A stretch of 60,369 bases of DNA, counting the filler. It is 5 parts of 5 records of this genome, joined end to end, with 100 filler letters (N's around TTAATTAATTAA, not from the genome) between each part and the next. Parts side by side here need not be neighbours in the genome. Positions count along the whole stretch, not along the records: positions 1 to 17,350 come from DRR723986_19111; positions 17,451 to 23,365 come from DRR723986_19173; 3 more parts are not named here. One strand, written 5' to 3'. The translations under genes and the position numbers were made by a program. Positions within the stretch are counted from its first letter, which is position 1; every line of letters begins with the position of its first letter. A model generated the notes under the pieces. That model worked only from the letters and a program-made list of their open reading frames with translations, made no database searches and was not told the origin of the DNA. Shown here one piece after another: positions 10,332 to 19,913 of the stretch.

Positions 10332-11278
10332 TAGCTCAAATCCATTAGCCGTTTAAAATCAGGATTTGCCATCATCAATTTTATCCCTTCCTCTAAACTC
10401 AATAATTCCCTTCCTAAAATTTCTTTCATTTTAGAATTATCCGGCTGACGGCGAGTCATATCCCCATCCTTCAATGGTGGCAGGAACACAATTTTCGAAC
10501 TACTTCCGGTTATTTCTATTATTTTATTGGCTAAATCGAGAATAGTATAAATCTCAGCGCCTCCTACATTCACCACATCATTTACTATCAAGTTTTCATT
10601 GAGAGATTTAATGGTAGCTTCTATATTATCTTCTACATAGCAAAAAGTCCTAGATTGACTGCCATCTCCATAAATTGTGATATCCTCACCTTTTAAAGCG
10701 TTTACCAAAAACTTAGAAATGACAAAATCTGTTGTCTGATGTGGGCCATAGGTATTAAAAAACCTAAAAACAGTATAATCTAATCCAAACTCTTGTTGAA
10801 ATGAACGGCAATATGCTTCGCCTACATTTTTCACAACAGCGTAAGGAACTCGAGAATTCAAAGGAGTTGTTAACTCATTTTGAGGAATGGAAACAGGTTC
10901 GCCATAAACCTCTGAACTACTTGAAAAGAAAAATCGTTTTACACCACTGTTTTTAGAAAGCGTGAGAATATTCTTTATTCCCTCTATGTCTTGCAGCACT
11001 TTAACGGGGTTATCTTGTGTTCGCTGAACTCCAACTAAAGCGGCATAGTGAAAAACATAGTCAAAATTATTGGATAACATAATTTCAGCCATTTCGTCCC
11101 GGTCGTTCGCATCAGCCTTAATGAAGTTAAAATTATCGAATCCAATTGGTAACTTCTCAATACTTCCTGTCGATAAATTATCCACAACAGTAACGTGGGT
11201 ATCCTTCTCTTTTAATAATCCTTTTGCTAATGCACTTCCAACATTTCCAGCCCCTCCTGTAAGTAAGATTTTCCTCAT
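10331..11278 (-). CDS. NAD-dependent nucleotide-sugar epimerase/dehydratase (extended SDR)
   Basis: TGGAGNVG, SSSEVYG, YxxxK (YAVVK), RFFNTYGP. Confidence 0.9.
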   Translation of the reverse strand: MRKILLTGGAGNVGSALAKGLLKEKDTHVTVVDNLSTGSIEKLPIGFDNFNFIKADANDRDEMAEIMLSNNFDYVFHYAALVGVQRTQDNPVKVLQDIEGIKNILTLSKNSGVKRFFFSSSSEVYGEPVSIPQNELTTPLNSRVPYAVVKNVGEAYCRSFQQEFGLDYTVFRFFNTYGPHQTTDFVISKFLVNALKGEDITIYGDGSQSRTFCYVEDNIEATIKSLNENLIVNDVVNVGGAEIYTILDLANKIIEITGSSSKIVFLPPLKDGDMTRRQPDNSKMKEILGRELLSLEEGIKLMMANPDFKRLMDLS

Positions 11279-11398
11279 TTTTATATTTAATTAGGTATAA
11301 AGATAAAACTTATCATAAATCTAAATGATTTCAATCTATTCAAGCTCAATAAATGTTGTATATTTAAAAAGCAAAACATCTGTTAAACCGTTTTAAAT

Positions 11399-12817
11399 CT
11401 GGAATCGACAAATTCTAAATACAGAATCGCATTAACTGGAATCACCAGCTTGTTTTTTTTATGGGGATTCATCACCGTAATGAATGACGTATTAATCAAC
11501 ACCTTCTCAGAAATTTTCAAACTTCCTCCAACTGAATTATCTTACATTCAATTGGCTTTTTTCGGTTCTTTTTTCATTATTTCACTGATATACTTCTTAT
11601 TGTCTTCTTTAAGTGGAAAAGACCCAATTAATGCAATCGGATATAAAAATGGAATGGCCATAAGTTTGCTAGTATGTGGATTAGGATGCTCTAGTTTTTA
11701 TTTTGCGGCACTCAATACTAGCTATCCGCAGTTTATTCTTGCCTTGTTCATTTTAGCCGCTGGTGTCACCTTTTTACAAATATGTGCTAATCCATACGCT
11801 ACCATTTTGGGACCTGAAAGCACGGCAAGCTCAAGACTCAACCTTGCTCAAGGCTTTAATTCTTTGGGCACCACATTAGGGCCAATTGTCGGTCTTTTAA
11901 TGATTTATTCATTGTTTTCAAATTCAACTACAATAATGGGAGTTGGAAAAACCTATTTAGCTTATGGTATCATTTTTCTAATAGCCGCTTTCATAGTAAA
12001 ACTCAGTAATCTTCCTGCCTTTGAAAACAACACAAAAACAGCATCTGGTTTTGATGTTCTGAAGAACAGGAATTTAAAATTTGGGATCGTGGCCATATTT
12101 TTTTATGTTGGTTCTGAAGTAGCAGTCGGCAGTTGGATCGGGGCTTTTGGAAAAGACCCATACATAATGAATTTGGATCCTATTAATGCCAATGCTTTTT
12201 TAGCTTTTTTTTGGGGAGGATTATTGATCGGCAGATTAATGGCAAGTATCTCGTTAAACGAAAATACATCTCAGCCGTCAAAACTATTAAAGATGGGGCT
12301 GACGAGTCTGATTATTTTTCTATTAATCTGGACCATTAAAGGATTAACAGTAGATGAGCACAATGGTCAACTCGGATTTAGCCCAGTTCCATTCATGGAT
12401 ATTTCATATTATGGAGTATTCCTTATCATTAATTATTTCGCCTTTCTGATCGGAAAAGGAAAGCCACAAAAGTTGATTGTAATTTTTTCAGGAGTCAATC
12501 TTGTACTCCTTCTAATAGGAATATTTGCTTCAGGCCCATTAGCGTTTTGGTCAATTCTAGGGACAGGTTTATTCTTTTCAATTGGATGGTCAAACATTTT
12601 TGCCTTGAGTATTAAAGGCTTAGGAAATAGTACAAGTCAAGGTAGTTCACTTTTAGTAATGGCAATTGTTGGTGGAGCTTGCCTTCCTTGGATCCAAAGT
12701 CATCTTATTGAGGCTTACTCAATTCAAGTTTCATTTGTTGTTCCTTTGTTAGGAATGATCTATCTAATATTTTATGGACTAAATGGTTACAAAAGAAATT
12801 TAAACGAAGATGGATAG
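11399..12817 (+). CDS. FucP/GluP-type sugar MFS transporter (probable CTG start)
   Basis: FFLWGFITVMNDVL, LQICANPY, RLNLAQGFNSLG, FFYVGSEV, MAIVGGA; the frame is open upstream of the TTG at 11450 back to a TAA at 11384. Confidence 0.85.
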   Translation: MESTNSKYRIALTGITSLFFLWGFITVMNDVLINTFSEIFKLPPTELSYIQLAFFGSFFIISLIYFLLSSLSGKDPINAIGYKNGMAISLLVCGLGCSSFYFAALNTSYPQFILALFILAAGVTFLQICANPYATILGPESTASSRLNLAQGFNSLGTTLGPIVGLLMIYSLFSNSTTIMGVGKTYLAYGIIFLIAAFIVKLSNLPAFENNTKTASGFDVLKNRNLKFGIVAIFFYVGSEVAVGSWIGAFGKDPYIMNLDPINANAFLAFFWGGLLIGRLMASISLNENTSQPSKLLKMGLTSLIIFLLIWTIKGLTVDEHNGQLGFSPVPFMDISYYGVFLIINYFAFLIGKGKPQKLIVIFSGVNLVLLLIGIFASGPLAFWSILGTGLFFSIGWSNIFALSIKGLGNSTSQGSSLLVMAIVGGACLPWIQSHLIEAYSIQVSFVVPLLGMIYLIFYGLNGYKRNLNEDG

Positions 12818-12832
12818 AACGTCAGATTTTAC

Positions 12833-12840
12833 TACCTTTG
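12833..12840 (+). promoter_or_regulatory. Bacteroidota sigmaA -7 element
   Basis: TACCTTTG in the gap upstream of the ROK gene. Confidence 0.55.
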
Positions 12841-12885
12841 CAGCTATACACTGCCCGCTTTTAACAAGTTCAAAACCCTATTAAT

Positions 12886-13836
12886 ATGAGTAATCGTCTA
12901 GGCATAGATATTGGAGGAACGAATGTAGCTTTCGGAATCGTAAATACAGAAGGAGAATTGGTGTATACGAATAGTCTATCAACTAAAGATTTTTCTTCTC
13001 CTGAAGATTTAGCAAAAAAGATTGCCACCATCCTTTCTTCAGAAACCAAAGAAACTTTTGAGGAGATAGGATTGGGAGCTCCAAGTGTAAATGTGGCAAG
13101 TGAAAGTATTGAACATGCACCAAATTTAAATTGGGGCGAGATAATTCCAATCAAAGAAATTTTCTCAAAAGTATTCACCCAGCCAATTACAATAATCAAT
13201 GATGCAAATGCAGCCGCATTGGCTGAAAAGCATTATGGTGAGGCTCAAGATCTTTCATCATTTTCTGTTATTACTCTTGGCACAGGTGTAGGACTGGGAA
13301 CCTGCCTGAATGGTCAACTGGTTCTTGGAGCTAGCTGCTTAGCCGGTGAAATTGGACATTTTGTTATAAGAAGAGCAGGTAGAGAATGCAACTGCGGTAA
13401 TTTGGGATGCCTTGAAACCTATGCCGGTTCTGATGGAATTGTGACTACAGCTAAAGAAAAACTAGAATTCAGTAGTGGAGGTTCAGCACTGAACAATCTG
13501 ACACCAAGTAATCTTACTCCACTTGAAATATTCAACGCAGCACGAAAAGACGATCCAGTTTCTTTAGAAGTGGTAGATGCAGTTTGTCATGATCTCGGGT
13601 ATGCTCTTTCTGGTCTTGTGAATTTCATGGATATTGAAACTATTTTTCTCACAGGTGGAATAGCAAATGCAGGAAATATCTTAAGAAGAAAAACAGAGAA
13701 ACACTTGAAAAGCTACGTTCTTCCAAATTTACGAAGTCGCGTAAGCTTAAAAATGACCACGCTTGATCAATCAACTAGCGGTATTTTGGGTGCAGTTGCA
13801 GCAATTACTGAAAAATCAAAAATGACGATCAATTAA
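12886..13836 (+). CDS. ROK family sugar kinase (glucokinase-like)
   Basis: GIDIGGT, NDANAAALAE, TLGTGVG, GEIGH, CNCGNLGCLE. Confidence 0.92.
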   Translation: MSNRLGIDIGGTNVAFGIVNTEGELVYTNSLSTKDFSSPEDLAKKIATILSSETKETFEEIGLGAPSVNVASESIEHAPNLNWGEIIPIKEIFSKVFTQPITIINDANAAALAEKHYGEAQDLSSFSVITLGTGVGLGTCLNGQLVLGASCLAGEIGHFVIRRAGRECNCGNLGCLETYAGSDGIVTTAKEKLEFSSGGSALNNLTPSNLTPLEIFNAARKDDPVSLEVVDAVCHDLGYALSGLVNFMDIETIFLTGGIANAGNILRRKTEKHLKSYVLPNLRSRVSLKMTTLDQSTSGILGAVAAITEKSKMTIN

Positions 13837-13839
13837 GTC

Positions 13840-16731
13840 ATGAAAACCTTACTGGCCCTTTTACTTTTGATTCCTACAATTTGTAATGCTCAAGAGAATT
13901 TGGCCAAAATTGTCAATCCGTTTATAGGCACAGGTGGTCATGGACATACTTACCCAGGAGCCACTACCCCATTCGGTATGATGCAATTGTCTCCAGACTC
14001 TAGATTAACCGGCTGGGATGGCTGTGGTGGCTACCATTATTCAGATAGCATTATATATGGTTTTAGCCACACCCATTTAAGCGGAACAGGAGTTTCTGAC
14101 TATGGTGATTTGCTTATTTTCCCATTTACAGGTGAATATCTGTGGGAAAATTCGTTCAGAAAATTACGTAATGAAGGATATGGATCAGCTTTTAATCATA
14201 AAACAGAAAAAGCTAACGCAGGATATTATTCTGTCCTTTTAGAAGATGAACAAATAAATGTCGAATTAACGACTACAGATCGCTGTGGCTATCACAAATA
14301 TTATTTTCAAGATTCAGACACTAAAAAAATAATTATTGATCTTGAACACCGAGACCAATTGCTTGATTCTGATCTAATATTCTTGAACGATACTACTATA
14401 GTTGGCAAACGCATTTCAAAAGCTTGGGCAGAAGAACAACACTTTTATTTCGCAATCAAATTTTCTGAAGCCCCTATTAAAAGGCAGTTTAAAAAGAATG
14501 AAAAAGGACAAGCATCCAAGCTCATTCTTGAATTTAGCAGTGAATTTGCCGTTTTAGGAATTAAAGTGGGCATGTCTGCTGTGGATATCAATGGAGCAAG
14601 AAAAAACTTAACTAACGAAATGCCTCACTGGAATTTTGACGCATACAGAAAATCTTCTGAAGAGAAATGGAATCAAGAATTGAGCAAAATTAAAATAACA
14701 GAAAGTGATAGGGACAAGCGAACTATTTTTTATACTGCACTCTACCATTCGTTTTTAAATCCAAACACCTTTTCTGATGTAGATGGCAGATATCGTGGAA
14801 TGGATAATCAAATTCATCAATCAAACGACAGCAAACAATACACCATTTTTTCGCTTTGGGATACCTTTAGAGCCGCCCACCCGCTTTTTACAATAACTCA
14901 ACCTAAACGCAATTCGGAATTCATCAATACTTTGTTAAACCAATATAAACAAGGTGGTGTTTTACCCATTTGGGAATTAGCAGCAAATTATACCGGTTGT
15001 ATGATAGGATATCATGCAATTCCCGTAATTGTAGATGCATATATTAAGGGAGATAGGAGTTTTGATGCCGAACTTGCATTAAGAGCTATGGTAAATAGTG
15101 CAGACAAAGACCATTTAGGTCTTGAATCCTATAAAAGACAAGGGTTTATATCATCTGAAAATGAGAGTGAAAGCGTTTCTAAAACGCTTGAATACGCTTA
15201 TGACGATTGGTGTATCGCAATTTTTGCTGATTCGTTAGGCAAAGATGATATTGCGAAAAGGTTTTATGAAAGAAGTCAATTTTACAAAAACATTTACAAT
15301 CCTAAATCAACTTTTATGCAACCTCGATTCAATGGAGGATGGAAAAATAATTTCAAACCAAATGAAGTTACCTTTGATTATACTGAAGCAAATTCTTGGC
15401 AATATTCCATGTTTGTTCCTCATGACATCTTGGGTCTCATTCAATTACTAGGAGGAAAAGATGAATTAGAAAAATGGTTAGACGATTTATTTACAACCTC
15501 TAGCGAAACAGACGGAAGACATCAAGTGGATATAACGGGATTAATCGGACAATACGCTCACGGAAACGAACCCAGTCATCACATGGCCTATCTGTATAAC
15601 TTCACTAAAAGTACTTGGAAAACCCAAAAATATGTAAACCAAATAATGGGGTCACTTTACTTTAACAGCCCTGCCGGTTTAAGTGGGAACGAAGATTGTG
15701 GTCAAATGTCTGCATGGTACGTTTTAAGCTCACTTGGTTTTTATTCCATCACTCCAGGCTCAGATATGTATACAATTGGAACTCCTTACCACGAAGCATA
15801 CGATATTGTCTTAGAAAATGGGAAGATATTCTCAATGAAAACTGAGAATTACGCGCCTGCAAATTTTTATATTAAATCTATCCGTCTGAACAGAAAACCG
15901 CTAAACAGAAATTACCTGTATCATCACGAAATTATGAATGGTGGAGAAATAGTTTTTGAAATGAGTCCAGAACCACAAGATTTTTTTGGAAATAGCCCTT
16001 ATATAAAGGTTAAAAAGGCACAACTTCTTCCATCCCCTTATTTTGAAGAATCCGAAAAAGTATTTACAAAAAAGCGAAAAGTTGTTTTAAAAAGTGCCGA
16101 ACCCGTTGTTGCCATCAGGTATACCACCGACGGAACAGTACCAAATGAGAACAGTGATATTTATTCCAAACCAGTTAAAATAAAGGCAAGTACAACTTTT
16201 ATTGCCAAATCATTTGGACATAAAGCTGAGAGCTACCCAGTTTATGCAGAATTTCACAGAGCAAATTCTAAATGGAGAGTTAATCTTAACACTAGGTATT
16301 TAAATCAATACTCTGGCGGCTCTGAACGCGCATTGATTGATCAAATTAGAGGGAATACAGACTTTCGAACCGGTTCCTGGCAAGGATATTACGGAAAGGA
16401 TCTTGACATTGAAATTGATTTCAGAAAGAAAAAGGACATTCATTCAGTAAAATTAAGCGTCTTGCAAGACATCAAGTCCTGGATCTGGTTTCCTAAAAAC
16501 GTAAAATTCTTAATGTCTAAAAATGGTAAGACCTGGTATCCAATTAAAACTATTACCAATTATGAATCTCCAGAAAAATATGGTCATTACATCCAAGAAA
16601 TCGGATTCGAAAAAGACATTTCTACTCGCTACTTAAGAGTAGTAGCAACCAATTACGGCCCTTGCCCTGATTGGCATCCAGGTAAAGGAAATCCAAGCTA
16701 TATATTTGCTGACGAAATCATCATTGAATAA
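13840..16731 (+). CDS. GH92 alpha-mannosidase with C-terminal chitobiase/Fn3-like and F5/8-like domains
   Basis: VNPFIGTGGHGHTYPGA, FSHTHLSGTG, SLWDTFRA, HGNEPSHH, GNEDCGQMSAWY; IRYTTDGT in the C-terminal module. Confidence 0.93.
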   Translation: MKTLLALLLLIPTICNAQENLAKIVNPFIGTGGHGHTYPGATTPFGMMQLSPDSRLTGWDGCGGYHYSDSIIYGFSHTHLSGTGVSDYGDLLIFPFTGEYLWENSFRKLRNEGYGSAFNHKTEKANAGYYSVLLEDEQINVELTTTDRCGYHKYYFQDSDTKKIIIDLEHRDQLLDSDLIFLNDTTIVGKRISKAWAEEQHFYFAIKFSEAPIKRQFKKNEKGQASKLILEFSSEFAVLGIKVGMSAVDINGARKNLTNEMPHWNFDAYRKSSEEKWNQELSKIKITESDRDKRTIFYTALYHSFLNPNTFSDVDGRYRGMDNQIHQSNDSKQYTIFSLWDTFRAAHPLFTITQPKRNSEFINTLLNQYKQGGVLPIWELAANYTGCMIGYHAIPVIVDAYIKGDRSFDAELALRAMVNSADKDHLGLESYKRQGFISSENESESVSKTLEYAYDDWCIAIFADSLGKDDIAKRFYERSQFYKNIYNPKSTFMQPRFNGGWKNNFKPNEVTFDYTEANSWQYSMFVPHDILGLIQLLGGKDELEKWLDDLFTTSSETDGRHQVDITGLIGQYAHGNEPSHHMAYLYNFTKSTWKTQKYVNQIMGSLYFNSPAGLSGNEDCGQMSAWYVLSSLGFYSITPGSDMYTIGTPYHEAYDIVLENGKIFSMKTENYAPANFYIKSIRLNRKPLNRNYLYHHEIMNGGEIVFEMSPEPQDFFGNSPYIKVKKAQLLPSPYFEESEKVFTKKRKVVLKSAEPVVAIRYTTDGTVPNENSDIYSKPVKIKASTTFIAKSFGHKAESYPVYAEFHRANSKWRVNLNTRYLNQYSGGSERALIDQIRGNTDFRTGSWQGYYGKDLDIEIDFRKKKDIHSVKLSVLQDIKSWIWFPKNVKFLMSKNGKTWYPIKTITNYESPEKYGHYIQEIGFEKDISTRYLRVVATNYGPCPDWHPGKGNPSYIFADEIIIE

Positions 16732-16773
16732 TTATACCACTTTTTTGGTATTGCATGGTCAATGTTCTCTATC

Positions 16774-16811
16774 TACATTTGTCCCCAACTATTTAAAACG
16801 AATCTAAATAA
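16774..16811 (+). promoter_or_regulatory. sigmaA -7 element followed by a palindromic operator (putative iron/metal-regulator box)
   Basis: TACATTTG at 16774-16781, then TATTTA-N9-TAAATA at 16790-16810 just before the ATG at 16818. Confidence 0.55.
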
Positions 16812-16817
16812 AGACAA

Positions 16818-17350
16818 ATGAAATTTTTATACCCTACCCTACTAATAGCATTCGTAGCCTTCACATCTTGTAAAAAGAAAGGCTGTACTGACGTGGATGC
16901 ATTAAATTATTCTTCTGAAGCGGAAAAGGATGATGGATCATGTGAATTCTACACTATTCCAACAAATTATGAATTTACCGATAAAGATGGCAACTCAACG
17001 GTTTCTTATTCAGGACAAACAGACAGACTAAATCAATTAGAAGAAATGACTGCTTATATGAAACTCGGAACAAGTGGTGTTATTTCTGCCGATTACCTTA
17101 AAAACATGTTTTATAATACAAACGATAATGGGGGTGGTCAATTCTCTTTTTCTTCTTCAAAACAATTAGCCGATAAGTGTTTATTCACTGACACAGCTAA
17201 ATTCACAGCTTGGATGGATGATTTGGCAGCAGCTTCTGCAGACAATGGAATGGTCGCATCTAGCGGTCAAGCTGGAGTTTTATCTTCTGGCTCAAGCACC
17301 TATCTTTTTGACCACAACGGAGTTGAACATGTTCAACTAATTGAAAAAGG
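16818..17350 (+). CDS. DUF4856-like lipoprotein, truncated at the contig end
   Basis: Lipobox FTSC, GCTD..A.NY..A..DDGSC module, YEF..DGNSTVSYSGQTDRL motif. Confidence 0.65.
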
Positions 17351-17450
17351 NNNNNNNNNNNNNNNNNNNNNNNNNNNNNNNNNNNNNNNNNNNNTTAATT
17401 AATTAANNNNNNNNNNNNNNNNNNNNNNNNNNNNNNNNNNNNNNNNNNNN
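17351..17450. other. artificial contig linker
   Basis: N44 + TTAATTAATTAA (stops in all six frames) + N44; base composition changes abruptly across it. Confidence 0.98.
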
Positions 17451-17451
17451 C

Positions 17452-18549
17452 CACATCGCCAAATACCAGGCGATGAAGCTTGCCAAGATGCTGATGGCCT
17501 ACGATTTCGACCGCAAGCTCAACCCGTTCGCGGAACTCGGCGGCTTCATCTTCACCTTCATGGGCGACGGCAAACCGGGCACCGGCAAGACAACCCTGAT
17601 CCAGATGATGGCCGGCATGGTCAACGACTATTGTCAGGTCGCCGGCTATCCGTTCCGCTATCAGAACCTGTCCACGGAGAGCATCGACAGCTACCAGGGC
17701 AAGTCTGCCCAGAATGCCAAGGCCTTCATCCGCAATGTCACCGACCCGAATGTGATCGGTTTCGGCACCATCGACGACATAGACCAGCTTGCCGGCAAGC
17801 GCGGCGATCGCCAATCCTCCGCCGGCCAGCTGGAAATTACAGCGGTCCTGATGGAGAGCTTTGCCGGTGCCAACACGGTGGTGCGCGGCAACTGCACGTT
17901 CGGCATGTTCTCCAACTATCCGGAGAACGTCGATGACGCCCTGCGTCAGCGCGCCGGTGCCCGCTTCCTGGTCGACGGCCCGCAAAGCCGCGAGGACTAC
18001 ATAGACATCCTGCATCTGCTGATGGGCAAGAACCACTCGATTCCAGTCGGCGACCATGATCTTTTCGAGGCCCAGGCTCTGAAGAAGGCCGTTGCGGCGT
18101 CCTACGAGCGTCACTCCCGGCCACAGGAAGATGCGCTGACAAAGGTGTTCGACAACGTGCGGGCTGAAATCGGTGACCTGGACACGATCGCCAAGCTCGG
18201 GACCTACCTGAAGGCCATCCAGCAAGCGGACGAACGTTTCACCGGCCGGGCGATCAAGAACATCACCGATGCCGTGAAAGTGCGGGCGATGGACTTCGAA
18301 TTGCCGGATGCATGGATGGAAGATCCGGAACTGTTCCTGTTCAAGGACTACGAGACCAAGAAGGCGATGATCGCCGACCTGGCGCAGCCGATTACCGTCG
18401 ACATGGTCATCCAGGAAATCAACCGCTACGCGGACAGTGAATTCCGCTATGCGGACAAGTCGGACGAGGTTGCCATCGAGAATGCCGTGCGCGAGATGCA
18501 GCGCATGGAAGAAGCCAAGCGCCGCTACATGGAAATCACGCGCACATGA
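17452..18549 (+). CDS. AAA+ ATPase, 5'-truncated
   Basis: Walker A GKPGTGKT, Walker B-like FGTIDDID, SRH-like SNYPENVDDALRQR; the frame is open to the contig edge. Confidence 0.88.
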   Translation, partial: HIAKYQAMKLAKMLMAYDFDRKLNPFAELGGFIFTFMGDGKPGTGKTTLIQMMAGMVNDYCQVAGYPFRYQNLSTESIDSYQGKSAQNAKAFIRNVTDPNVIGFGTIDDIDQLAGKRGDRQSSAGQLEITAVLMESFAGANTVVRGNCTFGMFSNYPENVDDALRQRAGARFLVDGPQSREDYIDILHLLMGKNHSIPVGDHDLFEAQALKKAVAASYERHSRPQEDALTKVFDNVRAEIGDLDTIAKLGTYLKAIQQADERFTGRAIKNITDAVKVRAMDFELPDAWMEDPELFLFKDYETKKAMIADLAQPITVDMVIQEINRYADSEFRYADKSDEVAIENAVREMQRMEEAKRRYMEITRT

Positions 18550-19913
18550 TGAGGCTCGTCAAACATGGCTTGATGTTCGGCAACCTCTACGAGGTCTCCG
18601 CACCGTCCATGGTGGCCCGCTACAACCGCGCGCTGGAACACCTGACCGGCAAGCGAACGGCGCTCGAAGCCTTTCACGTCGATATCTCCGGATTTTCACC
18701 GGAGATCGGCGATGAACTGGACGACATCCACTACCTCAATCCGCACGGCTGCAATCGGCAGTTCATTCTGCTGTCGATCGAACAGAAGACCGCACCGCTG
18801 CTGAACGCGCGGTTCTCCACGTCGCGTTCGATCCTGAAACGCTTCATCGAGGACAATGAGGAACAGCTCTTTGCGCTGTCGATCCGCGATTGCGTCGTCG
18901 GTGAACTGGTCAACTCGATCTATTCCATCACCTCGCCGCAGGATCTGTTTTATATCAGGGCGATCGAAGTGGAGGCCGACACCGTCGGCGGGCATTCCGA
19001 AGCAGGTGATGAACTGGCCGACAAGATCGAAGCCTTCATGAGCGAGCCCGACGGCTGGTGGGACGATGTGCTGATCGCGGACATGATCGAGCTTTCCAAG
19101 CACACCGGCGACATCATCCGCACCCCCTTGGCGATCAGTTCGAAAAGCTATGAGCAGGGAAATTTCCATACCTCCCATTTCGGCGGCCTCTACATCTTTC
19201 GCGATGTGAAGGAAACCGCATGCATCGCCTCCAGGCGCATGGACATTGTCGTCGACCTGCCCGTGAAGCACCTCTTCAGCCTGGAAGACCGCTACGAGGT
19301 GGCCGATTTCCTCAATCGAAACCAGTTGGTGGAGCCTATCCTCGATGCAGGCGGCAGCGTCGCCAAGAGCCTTCTGAAACAGAAACTGGACTTCATCGTC
19401 ATCGACACGGCCGCCAGCCAGGGCGAGGATCTGTCGGACGTCTCGCGGCGCGACCTGCGCGCATTGAGACGCAAGTATCACCAGCAGCTCCCGGTGGAAT
19501 ATCACGCCCTCAACGACATCGTGCACAGGCTGGAGCTGAAAGACGACAAGCTGTGGGTCGAACCGGAAAACGCGGCCTATTTCTACCTGCTTCGCTCGCG
19601 CAATCACCGCGACAAGAACCTGGTCAACAAGCTGCTGGCCGAATTGACACCGCTTGACTTCCGCCAGCTTTTCATTTGTCACAAGGACGCATTCTACGGT
19701 CATTACCGAAGCTGGAGCGAAGCCAAGAAGAACTACGCGGCCCAGTTCCTTGCGGAAGAATATATGGTCGACAAGGTCGGCACGCGGCTGGAGCTGTTCG
19801 GACCGGAGGCCGCCATGGTGGAAGAAAACCAGGCCGACTACGGCTTTGGCAGGAACATGGGGCCGTGGGGTGCAATCCCCGGGGAACAAGACGGCGAGGA
19901 TGGGGCACAATGA
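18546..19913 (+). CDS. conserved uncharacterised alphaproteobacterial protein (DUF6638-like by recollection)
   Basis: 455 aa, GC3-rich codon usage, ATGA overlaps with both neighbours; N-terminus GLMFGNL..RYNRALEHLTG. Confidence 0.7.
   Translation: MMRLVKHGLMFGNLYEVSAPSMVARYNRALEHLTGKRTALEAFHVDISGFSPEIGDELDDIHYLNPHGCNRQFILLSIEQKTAPLLNARFSTSRSILKRFIEDNEEQLFALSIRDCVVGELVNSIYSITSPQDLFYIRAIEVEADTVGGHSEAGDELADKIEAFMSEPDGWWDDVLIADMIELSKHTGDIIRTPLAISSKSYEQGNFHTSHFGGLYIFRDVKETACIASRRMDIVVDLPVKHLFSLEDRYEVADFLNRNQLVEPILDAGGSVAKSLLKQKLDFIVIDTAASQGEDLSDVSRRDLRALRRKYHQQLPVEYHALNDIVHRLELKDDKLWVEPENAAYFYLLRSRNHRDKNLVNKLLAELTPLDFRQLFICHKDAFYGHYRSWSEAKKNYAAQFLAEEYMVDKVGTRLELFGPEAAMVEENQADYGFGRNMGPWGAIPGEQDGEDGAQ

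Noticed and set aside
17351..17450. AT-to-GC transition as a horizontally acquired island; TTAATTAATTAA as an att site
   Set aside because: The same N-padded six-frame-stop linker occurs four times, so it is an assembly artefact
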